IMG/VR virus record: IMGVR_UViG_3300013121_000022
Coordinates: 96,001-160,000 of that record
Strand: one strand, 5' to 3'
Length of the DNA stretch: 64,000 bases
Origin: a virus
Taxonomy: Duplodnaviria > Caudoviricetes
Notes under the pieces: generated by a model
Told to the model about the DNA's origin: nothing
The model's database searches: none
What the model saw: the letters and a program-made list of their open reading frames with translations, nothing else
Program-made: the position numbers and the translations under genes
Shown: positions 20,263-30,622 of the stretch, one piece after another
How positions within the stretch are numbered: position 1 is the first letter of the stretch
How the letters are laid out: every line of letters starts with the position of its first letter

Positions 20263-21357
20263 ATGAAAATCAAAACCGATGTATTACTCTCCGCACTATC
20301 TGATACACTCAAAGCAACAAAAGAAAACGCAACAAACCCAACGCTGGCCTACATCAAAATAGAAAAAGACACAGACTCAAATCGCTGTTCGTTAGTTGGA
20401 ACGAACATGGAGTTTACCGTTGGCCGAACTATCGATGTTGAGGGAAATGAATCTGTTTCGCTGTTGATTGATGGCAGAAAAATTCACGACATCATTTCAT
20501 CTGTGCCTGACGAGTACATCACCGTTACTATTCTATCTCAAAAAATTAAAGTGTCGAGTTCGATTAGCGAACTTACTCTATCAACTTTGGTTGCTGATGA
20601 TTTTCCAAAAGTTGACAACGGTGGAGAACGTGCCGCACTGGTAAGCTCAGATTCTTTGGCGCTTTGGAGAGAGGCGATGTGGTGTACATCTTCTGATGTC
20701 CATGATACCTTTAAGAATGGTGTCAACCTAACGTTTGATAAGTCGGGTAAATCCATTCATGTTGAAACAGGGAATGGATTTAGATGCTCTATTCTGAAAT
20801 GTCCGGCGCAAGAGGTTTATGGCAACTTCAATGCTCTTGTTCCAGTAAACAACTTGATCAAAATGATGTCATTGGCAGTTGAAGACGTATTTGGCATTTT
20901 TGTCTCTAGCTCTTATATTGTCTTTCAATCCAAAAATGGTTTTACTCGATCTGCGCTGATCGAAGCAAAGTTTCCAGAATGGTTGTCAAAAATCAAAAAG
21001 ACTACTTTGGTCGGAATCAAAGTTGACCGAGATTCAACCCTGCAATCTCTCAAGTCGGCCTTGATTGTTGCTAAGGATTCAGCGAACAAGGTGATCTTGA
21101 CGTGGGACAATACTCAAATTCATATTCACGCCGAATCGGAAACCGGAAACGTAGATTTGCATGTTCCGCACAAAGGCTTGATTGGAGATCAGAAAGTCTC
21201 TTTCAAGATTGGTTTTGACTGTATATCGTTGCGCGATGCGCTGACGTTCGGCGGAGATGTTACTATGTGGTTGACTTCTAGTGATCTGTATGCTCGTTTT
21301 AGTCGAGAAAAAGATGATTGGATTGGAGTAGTTATGCCACGAAAGGTGTCACAATGA
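20263..21357 (+). CDS. dnaN: DNA polymerase III beta sliding clamp
   Basis: ~364 aa; P.LAYIKIE, GTNME, DDFP, TGNGFR, SALIEAKFPEW, C-terminal VVMP. Confidence 0.85.
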   Translation: MKIKTDVLLSALSDTLKATKENATNPTLAYIKIEKDTDSNRCSLVGTNMEFTVGRTIDVEGNESVSLLIDGRKIHDIISSVPDEYITVTILSQKIKVSSSISELTLSTLVADDFPKVDNGGERAALVSSDSLALWREAMWCTSSDVHDTFKNGVNLTFDKSGKSIHVETGNGFRCSILKCPAQEVYGNFNALVPVNNLIKMMSLAVEDVFGIFVSSSYIVFQSKNGFTRSALIEAKFPEWLSKIKKTTLVGIKVDRDSTLQSLKSALIVAKDSANKVILTWDNTQIHIHAESETGNVDLHVPHKGLIGDQKVSFKIGFDCISLRDALTFGGDVTMWLTSSDLYARFSREKDDWIGVVMPRKVSQ

Positions 21358-21971
21358 ACAATACTACTTTGGTTGTTACTTTGCTGGATGAATCTGGATC
21401 GATGCTTGAACAAGACAAATCAGAAGTGGCAGTTCTAGCCTTCAATCAATTTGTCAAGGATCAAAACAATATTCCCGGATGCTATTTTTCGTTACATGTG
21501 TTTTCAGATCGCCAGAAGATCGCGGGTACTCCGCGCACCATTCCCCATCTTCGGACTATATTTGAAAATGTTCCGTCAAATATAGTCAAATTCACACGCG
21601 ATCAGTATGATCCAGAGGGTTCTACTCCATTGTACGATGCGTTATCGGATTTGATTGATTTGATTGGTATGCGATTGTCTCTGTTGCCAGAATATGATCG
21701 TCCTTCTAAAGTTATTTTTGTGGTTATCACAGACGGTCAGGAAAATTCCAGTAAGCATACAAAGTATGCGGACTTGATGGAAAAAATTAAACATCAACAA
21801 GAAAAGTATTCTTGGGAGTTTGTTTTTGCGATGTCTGGTGTTACATATAACGAATTTCAAAGCGTCGCTAATTTCTCGACAACATTTTCTGCGTCTGACT
21901 CCAAAACGGTTGAAGCGAGTTATGCGAGTTCATCGCGATATGTCACCAGTTCAAGAACCGATAAACACTAA
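21354..21971 (+). CDS. von Willebrand factor A domain protein
   Basis: LLDESGSM (MIDAS), GSTPLYDA, VITDGQENSS. Confidence 0.9.
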   Translation: MNNTTLVVTLLDESGSMLEQDKSEVAVLAFNQFVKDQNNIPGCYFSLHVFSDRQKIAGTPRTIPHLRTIFENVPSNIVKFTRDQYDPEGSTPLYDALSDLIDLIGMRLSLLPEYDRPSKVIFVVITDGQENSSKHTKYADLMEKIKHQQEKYSWEFVFAMSGVTYNEFQSVANFSTTFSASDSKTVEASYASSSRYVTSSRTDKH

Positions 21972-21972
21972 A

Positions 21973-22554
21973 ATGCGATCTCGGCGAATTGTTTTTACGT
22001 CCGATCAACATTTCGGGCACGCGAATATCATCAAGTATCAACATCGTCCATATAAAAATGTGGACGAGATGGATTCTGCCTTAATTGAATCGTGGAACGC
22101 AAAAGTCGATCACGATGATATTGTGTTTCATCTTGGAGATTTTACACTTGGCGATGAACGACAGGCCGCAAGATATTTCTCTCGACTGAACGGGGCGATT
22201 GGCGTTGTACGCGGCTCGCACGATGACAGATGGTATAAAAATTCGGTTTACTATCGATCTCGATCTGGAATTCCAGTAAAGTTACTCGGAGATCGTTTCG
22301 ACTATTCATCTGCGATGATCGGTGAGGACGGGCGTAATCTGTTGATCGTGATGTCTCATTATGCAATGGCGCGATGGCCGATTTCGCATTATGGATCGCT
22401 ACATGTATTTGGACACTCACATGGAAACTTTGAAGGCATCGGAAAATCAGTTGATGTTGGGGTTGACGTTTATCCAAACCTATTGTATATTGAGGAAGTA
22501 GTCGAAATCTTGGCGAAAAAATCATCACCTGAGAACCATCTGAGAAAGAGTTGA
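21973..22554 (+). CDS. calcineurin-like metallophosphoesterase
   Basis: SDQHFGH, HLGDF, GSHD, SHY, GHSH motifs. Confidence 0.92.
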   Translation: MRSRRIVFTSDQHFGHANIIKYQHRPYKNVDEMDSALIESWNAKVDHDDIVFHLGDFTLGDERQAARYFSRLNGAIGVVRGSHDDRWYKNSVYYRSRSGIPVKLLGDRFDYSSAMIGEDGRNLLIVMSHYAMARWPISHYGSLHVFGHSHGNFEGIGKSVDVGVDVYPNLLYIEEVVEILAKKSSPENHLRKS

Positions 22555-22556
22555 AA

Positions 22557-23126
22557 ATGGGACAGCGATATTACTTTCCGAACGTCAAAAACTGGCAAGA
22601 TGCCTTGAATAGCTTGGATTTGGGGTTACAACATTTTGGGTTTACCATGAAGTTGTCCGGCGTCATGTTTCAGGGTATGGGCAAGACGGTTGTGCTTGTG
22701 TTGCCTTCCTCTGAACTTCCTCATGCCGCAGTTGAAGTTGTCGAACTTGATGCCGAGCAAGCGGCGGCATTGGTCAAGCAAACCGATCAACCCGAAGTGT
22801 TGGCTGGACACGATGGACAAGACAAGGTATGGGTTCGTAAACTTCAATATGAAGTGTCGGGTCATACACAACAACAAGTTTGGTGGGCGGATCACTTTAC
22901 CTGCCAGTATTGTGGACGTGGATTGCCGGAAGTTCAGTTGACCATCGATCATTTTCATCCGCTGGACTTGGGCGGAGTAAACGATTCGAGCAACTATCTG
23001 ACAGCTTGCAAGAAATGCAATAAGAATAAGGGCAATACGCCTGCTTTGAAGTGGTGCGCCGACAATCATCTGGATTACAATTTGCTGGTTGATTATTTGC
23101 GCCAGAGAAAATTAACTCGTAAGTGA
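22557..23126 (+). CDS. HNH endonuclease
   Basis: CQYCG..TIDHFHP..GG..NYLTACKKCNKNKG. Confidence 0.88.
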   Translation: MGQRYYFPNVKNWQDALNSLDLGLQHFGFTMKLSGVMFQGMGKTVVLVLPSSELPHAAVEVVELDAEQAAALVKQTDQPEVLAGHDGQDKVWVRKLQYEVSGHTQQQVWWADHFTCQYCGRGLPEVQLTIDHFHPLDLGGVNDSSNYLTACKKCNKNKGNTPALKWCADNHLDYNLLVDYLRQRKLTRK

Positions 23127-23140
23127 TACAATAGCGAGAT

Positions 23141-23213
23141 GCCGCTATAGTTCAGTTGGCAGAACGTCATCTTGGTAAGATGAAGGTGGTGGGTTCGATC
23201 CCCACTGGCGGCT
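23141..23213 (+). tRNA. tRNA-Thr(GGU)
   Basis: TCATC-TTGGTAA-GATGA. Confidence 0.92.
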
Positions 23214-23227
23214 CTTTGGAGTATCTA

Positions 23228-23440
23228 ATGGACGTTATCAATTTAGCAACCGGACAATGTGTAAGCTATAGTTTATCCGAAAAACAGGCTTTGATTGCGG
23301 CAGTTCAACAGTTTGATCGTAAAAACTGGCAGACTTGGAACTATCCAACTCCAGATCAAGTTGTATTTATTGAGGGACAACATACAATCGCATTGGGCGA
23401 TTGGTGTGTACTCAAAACAGAAAGAGAGACAGCATGTTAG
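23228..23440 (+). CDS. hypothetical protein
   Basis: GGAG RBS before ATG. Confidence 0.55.
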   Translation: MDVINLATGQCVSYSLSEKQALIAAVQQFDRKNWQTWNYPTPDQVVFIEGQHTIALGDWCVLKTERETAC

Positions 23441-23682
23441 TTTATCGAGTATCAGTCAAGGCAGTGGTCACAGAAGAAAACGAAAAGAATACCGATCAGG
23501 TCAAGATAAAATTTGTGGACATCGGCATTTACGATGTTCAGGCCAACGACTATAATGCGGCGGCTGAAAAAGCTTATGAGGTTGCGAAAGACAATCCAAC
23601 TTACAAAGAAATTACAGCTGACGTTGAAGTTGAAGTGGTCGCAACCAATATCAAACTTCTGTCAAAGCCAGATGAATTGTAG
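23434..23682 (+). CDS. hypothetical protein
   Basis: overlaps the preceding gene; plausible composition. Confidence 0.55.
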   Translation: MLVYRVSVKAVVTEENEKNTDQVKIKFVDIGIYDVQANDYNAAAEKAYEVAKDNPTYKEITADVEVEVVATNIKLLSKPDEL

Positions 23683-23811
23683 TTCTTGACAGATTGAATT
23701 TTTGAGATTAGAATGTAAATATCTTTGCTATCAACGTTTCTAGGTCATCAGGACTTAGCGCATAAACGAAACGGACGAGTGATAGTGAGCGTACTCACTC
23801 AAAACTTGAAC

Positions 23812-24231
23812 ATGAAAAATAACTTGAAAACTCCATGCAGATACTGTCCGTTTAGATCGTCGTCTTTACCGAGATGGTTGGGCGGTATTGAACCCGAACA
23901 ATTTATCAATGATGCATTGAGCGAGTCTGGAAATGCATGTCACATTGATCTCGAACATCAACGTGAATTTTGGCAGAACGAGCAGGACAGTGGTCAACTT
24001 AACAATGTGGATGACAGTATTATCGATGAGTTGATCGAATCTGATGTTGAACAATGCGCTGGAGCACTAGCTTTTGGTTCGATTATGGGCAAGGTATATC
24101 GAAATAAAAACAAAGAAGCGCAACGCAGGATGGTCGGAAACGTTGACGGTATAATGAACTATAAAGAATTTTTAGTTCATCATGCCAGTACAGATAATTT
24201 CAGGCGCAAGTCTGATGGAAAAAGATTTTGA
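23812..24231 (+). CDS. Cys/His-rich hypothetical protein
   Basis: PCRYCPFR..ACH..QCAGAL motif. Confidence 0.6.
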   Translation: MKNNLKTPCRYCPFRSSSLPRWLGGIEPEQFINDALSESGNACHIDLEHQREFWQNEQDSGQLNNVDDSIIDELIESDVEQCAGALAFGSIMGKVYRNKNKEAQRRMVGNVDGIMNYKEFLVHHASTDNFRRKSDGKRF

Positions 24232-24264
24232 CAAAAACCATCCGTAAAATATTGCGATGGTTAT

Positions 24265-24351
24265 GCAATCGTGGTGGAACTGGTATACACGCAAGCCTAA
24301 GAAGCTTGTTCCCGTTATAAAGGATTGGAGGTTCAAATCCTCTCGATTGCA
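24265..24351 (+). tRNA. tRNA-Leu(AAG)
   Basis: class II, CAAGC-CTAAGAA-GCTTG. Confidence 0.85.
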
Positions 24352-24429
24352 CAAAGGTGTTGACTAGATATATATAGTCGCCTTGCTGTTGAGGCCAGAT
24401 TCCGAAAACACTGGAACAACAGTATACCC

Positions 24430-24515
24430 GCATGAGTGGCGAAATGGTAGACGCGCAATGCTCAGAACGTTGTGACCTTAAATAAGTCGTAAGGGTTCGA
24501 GTCCCTTTTCATGCA
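24430..24515 (+). tRNA. tRNA-Leu(CAG)
   Basis: class II, loop CTCAGAA. Confidence 0.9.
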
Positions 24516-24572
24516 CAGACTTATGTACCACGCGTACAAAAAGTTACAGAGTCCCGCAATGGACTCCGGTTA

Positions 24573-24655
24573 GCCGATATGGTGGAATGCAGACACACTA
24601 CGTTTAGAGCGTAGCGATCTAAAAAATCGTGCAGGTTCAAATCCTGTTATCGGCA
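24573..24655 (+). tRNA. tRNA-Leu(UAG)
   Basis: class II, CTACG-TTTAGAG-CGTAG. Confidence 0.9.
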
Positions 24656-24738
24656 CAAGACTGATGTTCAAATAATCCGTATCCAGATTCTTTTGAACTG
24701 AGTCACCGATGCAATCGGCGGATAACGGTTGCATCAAC

Positions 24739-24822
24739 GCCTGATTGGTGGAATGGTAGACACACGACACTTAAAATGTCGCGATCTCAACAATCGTAAG
24801 AGTTCGAGTCTCTTATCAGGCA
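24739..24822 (+). tRNA. tRNA-Leu(UAA)
   Basis: class II, CGACA-CTTAAAA-TGTCG. Confidence 0.9.
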
Positions 24823-24840
24823 CACGAAAGGTTTATAAAT

Positions 24841-25434
24841 ATGACAATCAAAGCAATCGTCTTTGATCTTGATGGGGTTTTGGTGGATACGCCTGAACTT
24901 CACTATGAAGCTCTCAACCAAGCGTTGGGGCTTTTTGGTTTTAATATCTCTCGACAAGATCACGATTCAAAATTCAATGGCCTGCCAACTCGGACTAAAC
25001 TGGAAATGCTAAACGTTGATCCGGCGATTCGCGGATTGGTAATGGAACTAAAACAACAATATACTCGGCAGGCAATTTCCAAAATTCAACCAAACTATCA
25101 AAAGATTATGATGCTGAGAAGTCTATCGTGGCGCTATCATCTTGGAGTTGCTTCTAACGCACTCCAAGACACCTGTTATTCGATATTGGAAGCAGCTCGA
25201 CTGGATTCGTATTTTACAACTGTGTGGGGCGGAGATGGGGTGAAAAAAACAAAGCCCGATCCAGAGATATATAGGAAGATTATCAAAAAACTTGAAGTAC
25301 AACCAGATCAATGCTTGGTTCTGGAAGACACTCAATACGGTGTTCAGGCCGCACTAGGTGCTGGTGCTCAATGCATTCAAGTAACCTATCCTCAAGTTCA
25401 TAGTGGATTATTCGTGCGAAAGGGCTTATTATGA
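24841..25434 (+). CDS. HAD-family phosphatase
   Basis: FDLDGVL, ASN, KPDPEIY, LEDT..G. Confidence 0.92.
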   Translation: MTIKAIVFDLDGVLVDTPELHYEALNQALGLFGFNISRQDHDSKFNGLPTRTKLEMLNVDPAIRGLVMELKQQYTRQAISKIQPNYQKIMMLRSLSWRYHLGVASNALQDTCYSILEAARLDSYFTTVWGGDGVKKTKPDPEIYRKIIKKLEVQPDQCLVLEDTQYGVQAALGAGAQCIQVTYPQVHSGLFVRKGLL

Positions 25435-26183
25435 ATATAGTGATTCCCATGTCGGGCGCGGGAAAAAGATTTTTGGATGCAGGCTATACCGATCCAAAAC
25501 CATTCATTTTAGTCGATGGTCAACCCATGATTATGCGTGTGACCAACAACGTCTCGGTTAGATCATCCAAAAATCATAACAACATAGTTTGGCTGGTTAG
25601 AACTGAACACCTTGATCGCGCTCAAGATATTCAGCAGGAAATGCGAGATCGCAATATCATTCCCAATGCAACCTACAACATCATAAAAGTTTCCGGCCTC
25701 ACACAAGGCGCGGCGTGTACTGTATTAATGGCCTCTGGTATTATCAATAACGATCAACCTTTAATTATTGCTAACTCCGATCAACTGACCGATTCTTCGG
25801 TTGATGGATTTGTTGAGTATTGTCAAAAGAACAACGCGGATGGCGGTATTATCACGTTTCGATCAAGCGCCGACAAATGGAGTTATGTTCGTTTGGATAA
25901 GCAAGGAATATTGGTTGATGAAGTTGCTGAAAAAGTTGTCATTTCAAATCTTGCCACTCTTGGAATTTACTATTTTCGGCGTGGTTCTGATTTTTGTTCA
26001 GCGGCTGTGAAATCTATCAGGTATAACATGCGGCATCGCAATGAATTCTATGTTGCACCTGTATTCAATGAAATGATTTTGCTTGGCAAGCGAATTTATC
26101 ACTACGAAATTCCAGATTATTGTGCACATGGACTTGGAACTCCCGAAGACCTTGAAAGGTATTTACTGCATGGACGCCAATAA
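25431..26183 (+). CDS. sugar nucleotidyltransferase/GT-A protein
   Basis: IPMSGAGKRF..PKPFI, ANSDQ, EK..S, GLGTPEDL. Confidence 0.9.
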   Translation: MNIVIPMSGAGKRFLDAGYTDPKPFILVDGQPMIMRVTNNVSVRSSKNHNNIVWLVRTEHLDRAQDIQQEMRDRNIIPNATYNIIKVSGLTQGAACTVLMASGIINNDQPLIIANSDQLTDSSVDGFVEYCQKNNADGGIITFRSSADKWSYVRLDKQGILVDEVAEKVVISNLATLGIYYFRRGSDFCSAAVKSIRYNMRHRNEFYVAPVFNEMILLGKRIYHYEIPDYCAHGLGTPEDLERYLLHGRQ

Positions 26184-26898
26184 CTCATATACACAAATGC
26201 AGAAAAAATATTACGAAGAAAACGCGACGATAATGGCAGTGGAGGATCATCGCGGCCACAATAACAATCCAGATTATTACGGAATTCTATTATCAGACAT
26301 CACAACCAATCCAGAATACTGGACTGGTAAAACCGCCCTAGACTTTGGTTGTGGAACTGGACGAAATATTGCCAATCTGTATCGTTTAGCAAAGTGGAAA
26401 TTTGTCGATGGTTGCGACATTGCGCGAAACAACTTGTATGAAGCACATCGTTTATTGACGGAACGTGGTGTTTCCGGTTTTACACTTTACCCCGTCTCAG
26501 GCGTTGATCTTGGTGGTATCCCAAGTAAAAAATATGACTTTGTAATGTCAACCATTGTTCTTCAACACATCGCCGTGTGGTCAATTCGACTGAGTATTTT
26601 AACTGACATCTTTCGAGTGATGAAATCGGGCGGATTATTCTCGTTTCAAGTTGTTAAATATCCGTTGCCGCGAGATCGATATAATATCGCTGACTATCAT
26701 GAAGACAAATGGGATGCGCCAAATACAAATGGAGGGTACGATTTTAGCGTAGATAACGAACAAGATTTGATAAATGACTTGACACGCATTGGGTTTGAAG
26801 TGATTGAAACAATAAGCAGACCTGAATGGGAATATATCAATCAAGAATACGCTCACAATAACAATCGTTGGGTATTTGTTAAGGCGCGTAAACCATGA
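26170..26898 (+). CDS. class I SAM-dependent methyltransferase
   Basis: LDFGCGTGR, YDFVMSTIVLQH, K.GG. Confidence 0.9.
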   Translation: MDANNSYTQMQKKYYEENATIMAVEDHRGHNNNPDYYGILLSDITTNPEYWTGKTALDFGCGTGRNIANLYRLAKWKFVDGCDIARNNLYEAHRLLTERGVSGFTLYPVSGVDLGGIPSKKYDFVMSTIVLQHIAVWSIRLSILTDIFRVMKSGGLFSFQVVKYPLPRDRYNIADYHEDKWDAPNTNGGYDFSVDNEQDLINDLTRIGFEVIETISRPEWEYINQEYAHNNNRWVFVKARKP

Positions 26899-27653
26899 TA
26901 AATGGTACGTATATCTTTCATGTTTTTGAAACACTCACGATTTCAAATTTGTATTCGGCTATCGATAGCATAGTAAGTCAGACGTTCGATAGCAATCAGT
27001 TTGACTTCGTGTTGTACAATTCGTCGCGTTATTGGGAAAATTCCGAGAGATTGCTCGATGGAATTCAGTCTCGGTTGCATGGCATGTTTCGGAGTTTTAG
27101 ATTTATCAATCCAGACGTTCCTACCGACTCGACTCTAGCTGATTTACAGTGGCAAATCAGCAACATTGATGGATCGGACTTCTATTTCACACATAAGGCC
27201 GATTTTGTGTTAGGAGATAAAACTATCCAGAGAGTTGCGAATTTATTTGAGAACGTACATCAGCCTCTTTATGTTAGTTTTTGCAAGTTCGATGTCAGAG
27301 AAGATGTCAACGATCTTGAAACTTATATACTCTCAGGTAGATCGTTTGACAGAATTTTAGATCGTGCGGATGCGTGGGATGTAACTGCTTGCCTTCCAAA
27401 AGATTGGGAAACCCACGACTACAGGTTTCTTGGCTATCGGGGATGGGATGGAACAATGCATTGCTACAACGAACAAGCTAGACGAAATATACAACTTACT
27501 GACTTTTGCAGCTTGGACACTGTGCAATCAAATCGAACAAACGGCATCGACTGGATTTTTGGTGATACTCGATTTTGGGCGCTTCATAAGTTTCATGCCT
27601 TACCTAACGGCAGGGGCGATGCCCGTAAAGATTTAGATGGAAAACGATTCTAA
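26895..27653 (+). CDS. putative glycosyltransferase-like protein
   Basis: AIDSIVSQT, KADF, H.FH motifs; operon context. Confidence 0.5.
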   Translation: MINGTYIFHVFETLTISNLYSAIDSIVSQTFDSNQFDFVLYNSSRYWENSERLLDGIQSRLHGMFRSFRFINPDVPTDSTLADLQWQISNIDGSDFYFTHKADFVLGDKTIQRVANLFENVHQPLYVSFCKFDVREDVNDLETYILSGRSFDRILDRADAWDVTACLPKDWETHDYRFLGYRGWDGTMHCYNEQARRNIQLTDFCSLDTVQSNRTNGIDWIFGDTRFWALHKFHALPNGRGDARKDLDGKRF

Positions 27654-28282
27654 TGAACACCCTCATTGTCATCGCGCATCACAATGGATCGCGGTACATT
27701 CCGGCTTTGCTGGATAGCTTGAAGTGGCATGATCGGAAAGATATTGTCGTTATAGATACTGGCTCAACGTCCAACGAACTCGATCTATTGCCACAAGATA
27801 TACAGGTCGATGAAATTTATGGTGGATATTGTGTTGGCGCATATAAATGGGCATATCGATGGTATCCTGATTACGACTCGTATTTTTTTATGCACGACTC
27901 CATGAGGGCAAAAACAAATTTTCTTCCGGCCTTTCAGTCAAAAGGCGATGTTGTTGCATGGATCGATTTTCCAATGGATTATGGTGAACAAGAACGCGAG
28001 TACATTGAATCGCAGTACGGGAAGGATAATCATTCGCCCAACGCAATCTTTGGGCCAATTTTTTACGCCACTCATCAGGCAATGCAGGGTCTGGCGAACA
28101 ACAATAAATTTCCGCGCAACCCTAAAAATCGAGCGGAACTTTGCGCCTCTGAACGTGCTTTTGCCATAGCTTTTCATCAGTGTGGATTTCGAGTCGATCA
28201 TCTTGAAGAATATGACAACCAGCGTTTGGACATTAGTCGAGATTACGTGTTGTTTGATAAGTTCAGACCAAATCGAGTATAA
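27653..28282 (+). CDS. glycosyltransferase family 2-like protein
   Basis: VIAHHNG..LLDSL..VIDTGS..FMHDS..ERAF. Confidence 0.7.
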   Translation: MNTLIVIAHHNGSRYIPALLDSLKWHDRKDIVVIDTGSTSNELDLLPQDIQVDEIYGGYCVGAYKWAYRWYPDYDSYFFMHDSMRAKTNFLPAFQSKGDVVAWIDFPMDYGEQEREYIESQYGKDNHSPNAIFGPIFYATHQAMQGLANNNKFPRNPKNRAELCASERAFAIAFHQCGFRVDHLEEYDNQRLDISRDYVLFDKFRPNRV

Positions 28283-28284
28283 AT

Positions 28285-28527
28285 ATGTTCAATAAGTATG
28301 TGTATGAAATTTTGAAGACAAGCATTGTGTGGTATCCGATCATTGGCTTGGTTTTTGCGACAGGAGTAATGATTCGGATGATTCTAGATGATCCGCTATG
28401 GTTTATTAGGCACATAAATCAACAGCGTGAACGACATATGTGGTTTGCGATGATATTGATGTCTGCCTGCCTTTGGCCTTATTTTCTTGGTAGACTGATT
28501 TGGAGTAGTGTTCAAAAACTTTTATAG
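28285..28527 (+). CDS. small membrane protein
   Basis: two hydrophobic helices. Confidence 0.55.
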   Translation: MFNKYVYEILKTSIVWYPIIGLVFATGVMIRMILDDPLWFIRHINQQRERHMWFAMILMSACLWPYFLGRLIWSSVQKLL

Positions 28528-28537
28528 GACAACTAAC

Positions 28538-28747
28538 ATGCCATACCGAAATGTTCGTAATGATGCAAGAAATTCCGATCCAAACGTTACTTTGCAAGAA
28601 TTAATGCAAATGTTGAGCACTGTAATAAGTTGTGGAGGATGTGCCAACTTGACATCTGTTGCCTCACAACATACTTGCAAGACATGTGGCCGGACTCTGT
28701 GTGGCGAATGCGGTAATCTCTGTAAAGATCATCGAAAGGTTTCGTGA
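28538..28747 (+). CDS. small zinc-finger protein
   Basis: CxxC..CxxC..CxxC..CxxH. Confidence 0.55.
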   Translation: MPYRNVRNDARNSDPNVTLQELMQMLSTVISCGGCANLTSVASQHTCKTCGRTLCGECGNLCKDHRKVS

Positions 28748-29196
28748 TGTTCATGAATGAAACTGGTATTTCCATAGGATTTGATACGGTAATTCCACCA
28801 AACGATTTTTGCGTTTTTGTTGTACCCATATTTGATATCAAGTAGTCATTCGTTTTCACCGAGCAAACCGCCTGAACTTAGATGCTGTAGAGTTGCTAAC
28901 ACAGACCTGAGTGTTGTAGTTGAATCAATTAATTTCCGCTCACGTAACGAAAATTTTTTTGGAGCTGTTTTTGCTCTGTATGCTCTAACCGCAGGATCGT
29001 TATCCAAAATTATTACATTGGAAAAACCTCAAGTCTGCTTCTCTGTTCTATCACAATCTAATTCAGGTCGTTCAAATCACCGATTGGCGGTTGAGGCATT
29101 ATACTGCGACAAACCCATTGTGTTTGCATATGTAGATCGACATCGAAAGACATTCCTTGACTTAGTTGCTGAACTAGGGTAATATCAACGTGATCG

Positions 29197-29570
29197 GCGC
29201 AGATCAAGTTGTCGAGCTCGAAAGAGTTAGGAACTTCCCGACGATACAGGAGCAATCCTGAAAACCCTCCACATGAAAACAGCAAGTGTGGACAGTTCGA
29301 CTGAACTGATGTCAACGGCAACAGAGAACATTCCGCTCGAAAGAGTAACGGGTGAAAAGGACGGTGATACCCGTCCGGCATGTCAAGGTAACTTGCTTGC
29401 ATAGGCGACAGGACAGGGGATCGCAAGGTGGCGCAAGATAGGCTACGGTTTATCTTGTAGAACCGCAGTATAAACGGTACGACAGAATAACACTCAGTCG
29501 CACTAGGATATACCATCAACCCGATGAGAAAGATGACAACCTAAACAGAATCGGGGGTATGATCGGCGCA
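29197..29570 (+). ncRNA. rnpB: RNase P RNA (phage-encoded)
   Basis: AGGAACTTCCCGAC pairs with AAACAGAATCGGGGGTAT (P4, bulged U); GCAACAGAGAAC..CCGC; GGGTGAAAAGG; GCAAGG; P2 GTTGTC/GACAAC; GAAA-capped P3. Confidence 0.88.
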
Positions 29571-29649
29571 GATTGGTTCTTGACAAAAAAATATAACCGA
29601 TCCATAATAATCTCAACTTCCACTATCTCACAGAAAGAGGATACCGAAC

Positions 29650-29826
29650 ATGGAACTCAAAATTGTTTCTGCAAAAGCTGGTGATCAGTACGTGAATCTG
29701 GTGGGTCAAACATTTCCGGTGGTTCGTGAACTGGAAACAATCTACGTGATTGAAGTTGAGGGCAAAAGCGTCTATGTTCGTGAGGACGACTGCGAAGTAA
29801 AAATCATTGAACCAGTTGCGGCCTAA
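29650..29826 (+). CDS. 58-aa hypothetical protein (not in ORF track)
   Basis: TTGACA promoter at 29580, AAGAGGA RBS; MELKIVSAK...EPVAA. Confidence 0.7.
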   Translation: MELKIVSAKAGDQYVNLVGQTFPVVRELETIYVIEVEGKSVYVREDDCEVKIIEPVAA

Positions 29827-29886
29827 ATAATTATTCTACTTGACAGGCTTTATCAAGTCAGGTAGAATAATTTGCGTGAGGGTCAT

Positions 29887-30120
29887 ATGAAATATACCGA
29901 TAAGTTTGAAGTGGACACTAACGGTAAAATCATTGGTGCTGAAACGCATCCGAATGCGCCCGTAATTGTAAATTTTTATCGTGTTGTCAACGGCAAGAAG
30001 CGATACAATAAACTTGCGAAGCGGTTACATTTTTTTACCGAACAACACTTTCAGAGCAACACCGATTTCTTGAATCGAATGAGCGCACGTAAAGATCGGG
30101 TATATTATCGGGCAAACTAA
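29887..30120 (+). CDS. hypothetical protein
   Basis: promoter TTGACA at 29840; GAGG RBS. Confidence 0.55.
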   Translation: MKYTDKFEVDTNGKIIGAETHPNAPVIVNFYRVVNGKKRYNKLAKRLHFFTEQHFQSNTDFLNRMSARKDRVYYRAN

Positions 30121-30127
30121 ATAACAA

Positions 30128-30198
30128 GCGGGTATAGTATAACGGTATTATAAAAGCCTTCCAAGTTTAAGACGCGGGTTCGACTCCCGCTATCCGCT
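30128..30198 (+). tRNA. tRNA-Gly(UCC)
   Basis: loop CTTCCAA. Confidence 0.9.
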
Positions 30199-30339
30199 CA
30201 GAGAATAGCACGAGTGACTAACGTTGCGAAATGGTTGAATACAGAGTCCTGACGTTGATCTATACTGCTTAGGCACACATGGATCATGAGGTCAAAAAAC
30301 TAATCCTCAACACATCCGGCATTATGCTAATTTTGCCAT

Positions 30340-30412
30340 GCGGTTGTAATTCAGTTGGTAGAATATCTCTTTGCCAAAGAGAATGTCGTGGGTTCGAGTC
30401 CCATCAGCCGCT
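30340..30412 (+). tRNA. tRNA-Gly(GCC)
   Basis: TCTCT-TTGCCAA-AGAGA. Confidence 0.92.
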
Positions 30413-30483
30413 CTTGTTATAAAGTCCTAAACTGAAATAGACCATAGTTCCGACAACATGTATCAACCTTACGCCACGATTAA

Positions 30484-30555
30484 GCCGATGTAGCTCAATG
30501 GTAGAGCAACTTCCTTGTAAGAAGAAGGTTAAGGGTTCAAGTCCCTTCATTGGCT
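30484..30555 (+). tRNA. tRNA-Thr(UGU)
   Basis: loop CTTGTAA. Confidence 0.92.
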
Positions 30556-30622
30556 CAGTGTCCCATCAACAATTTATAGCAGGAGTCTTATCCTACTATG
30601 GACAGGGAATATGGGACAATCT

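Noticed and set aside
29058-29519. 153-aa minus-strand ORF
   Set aside because: Antisense to the RNase P RNA; no protein features
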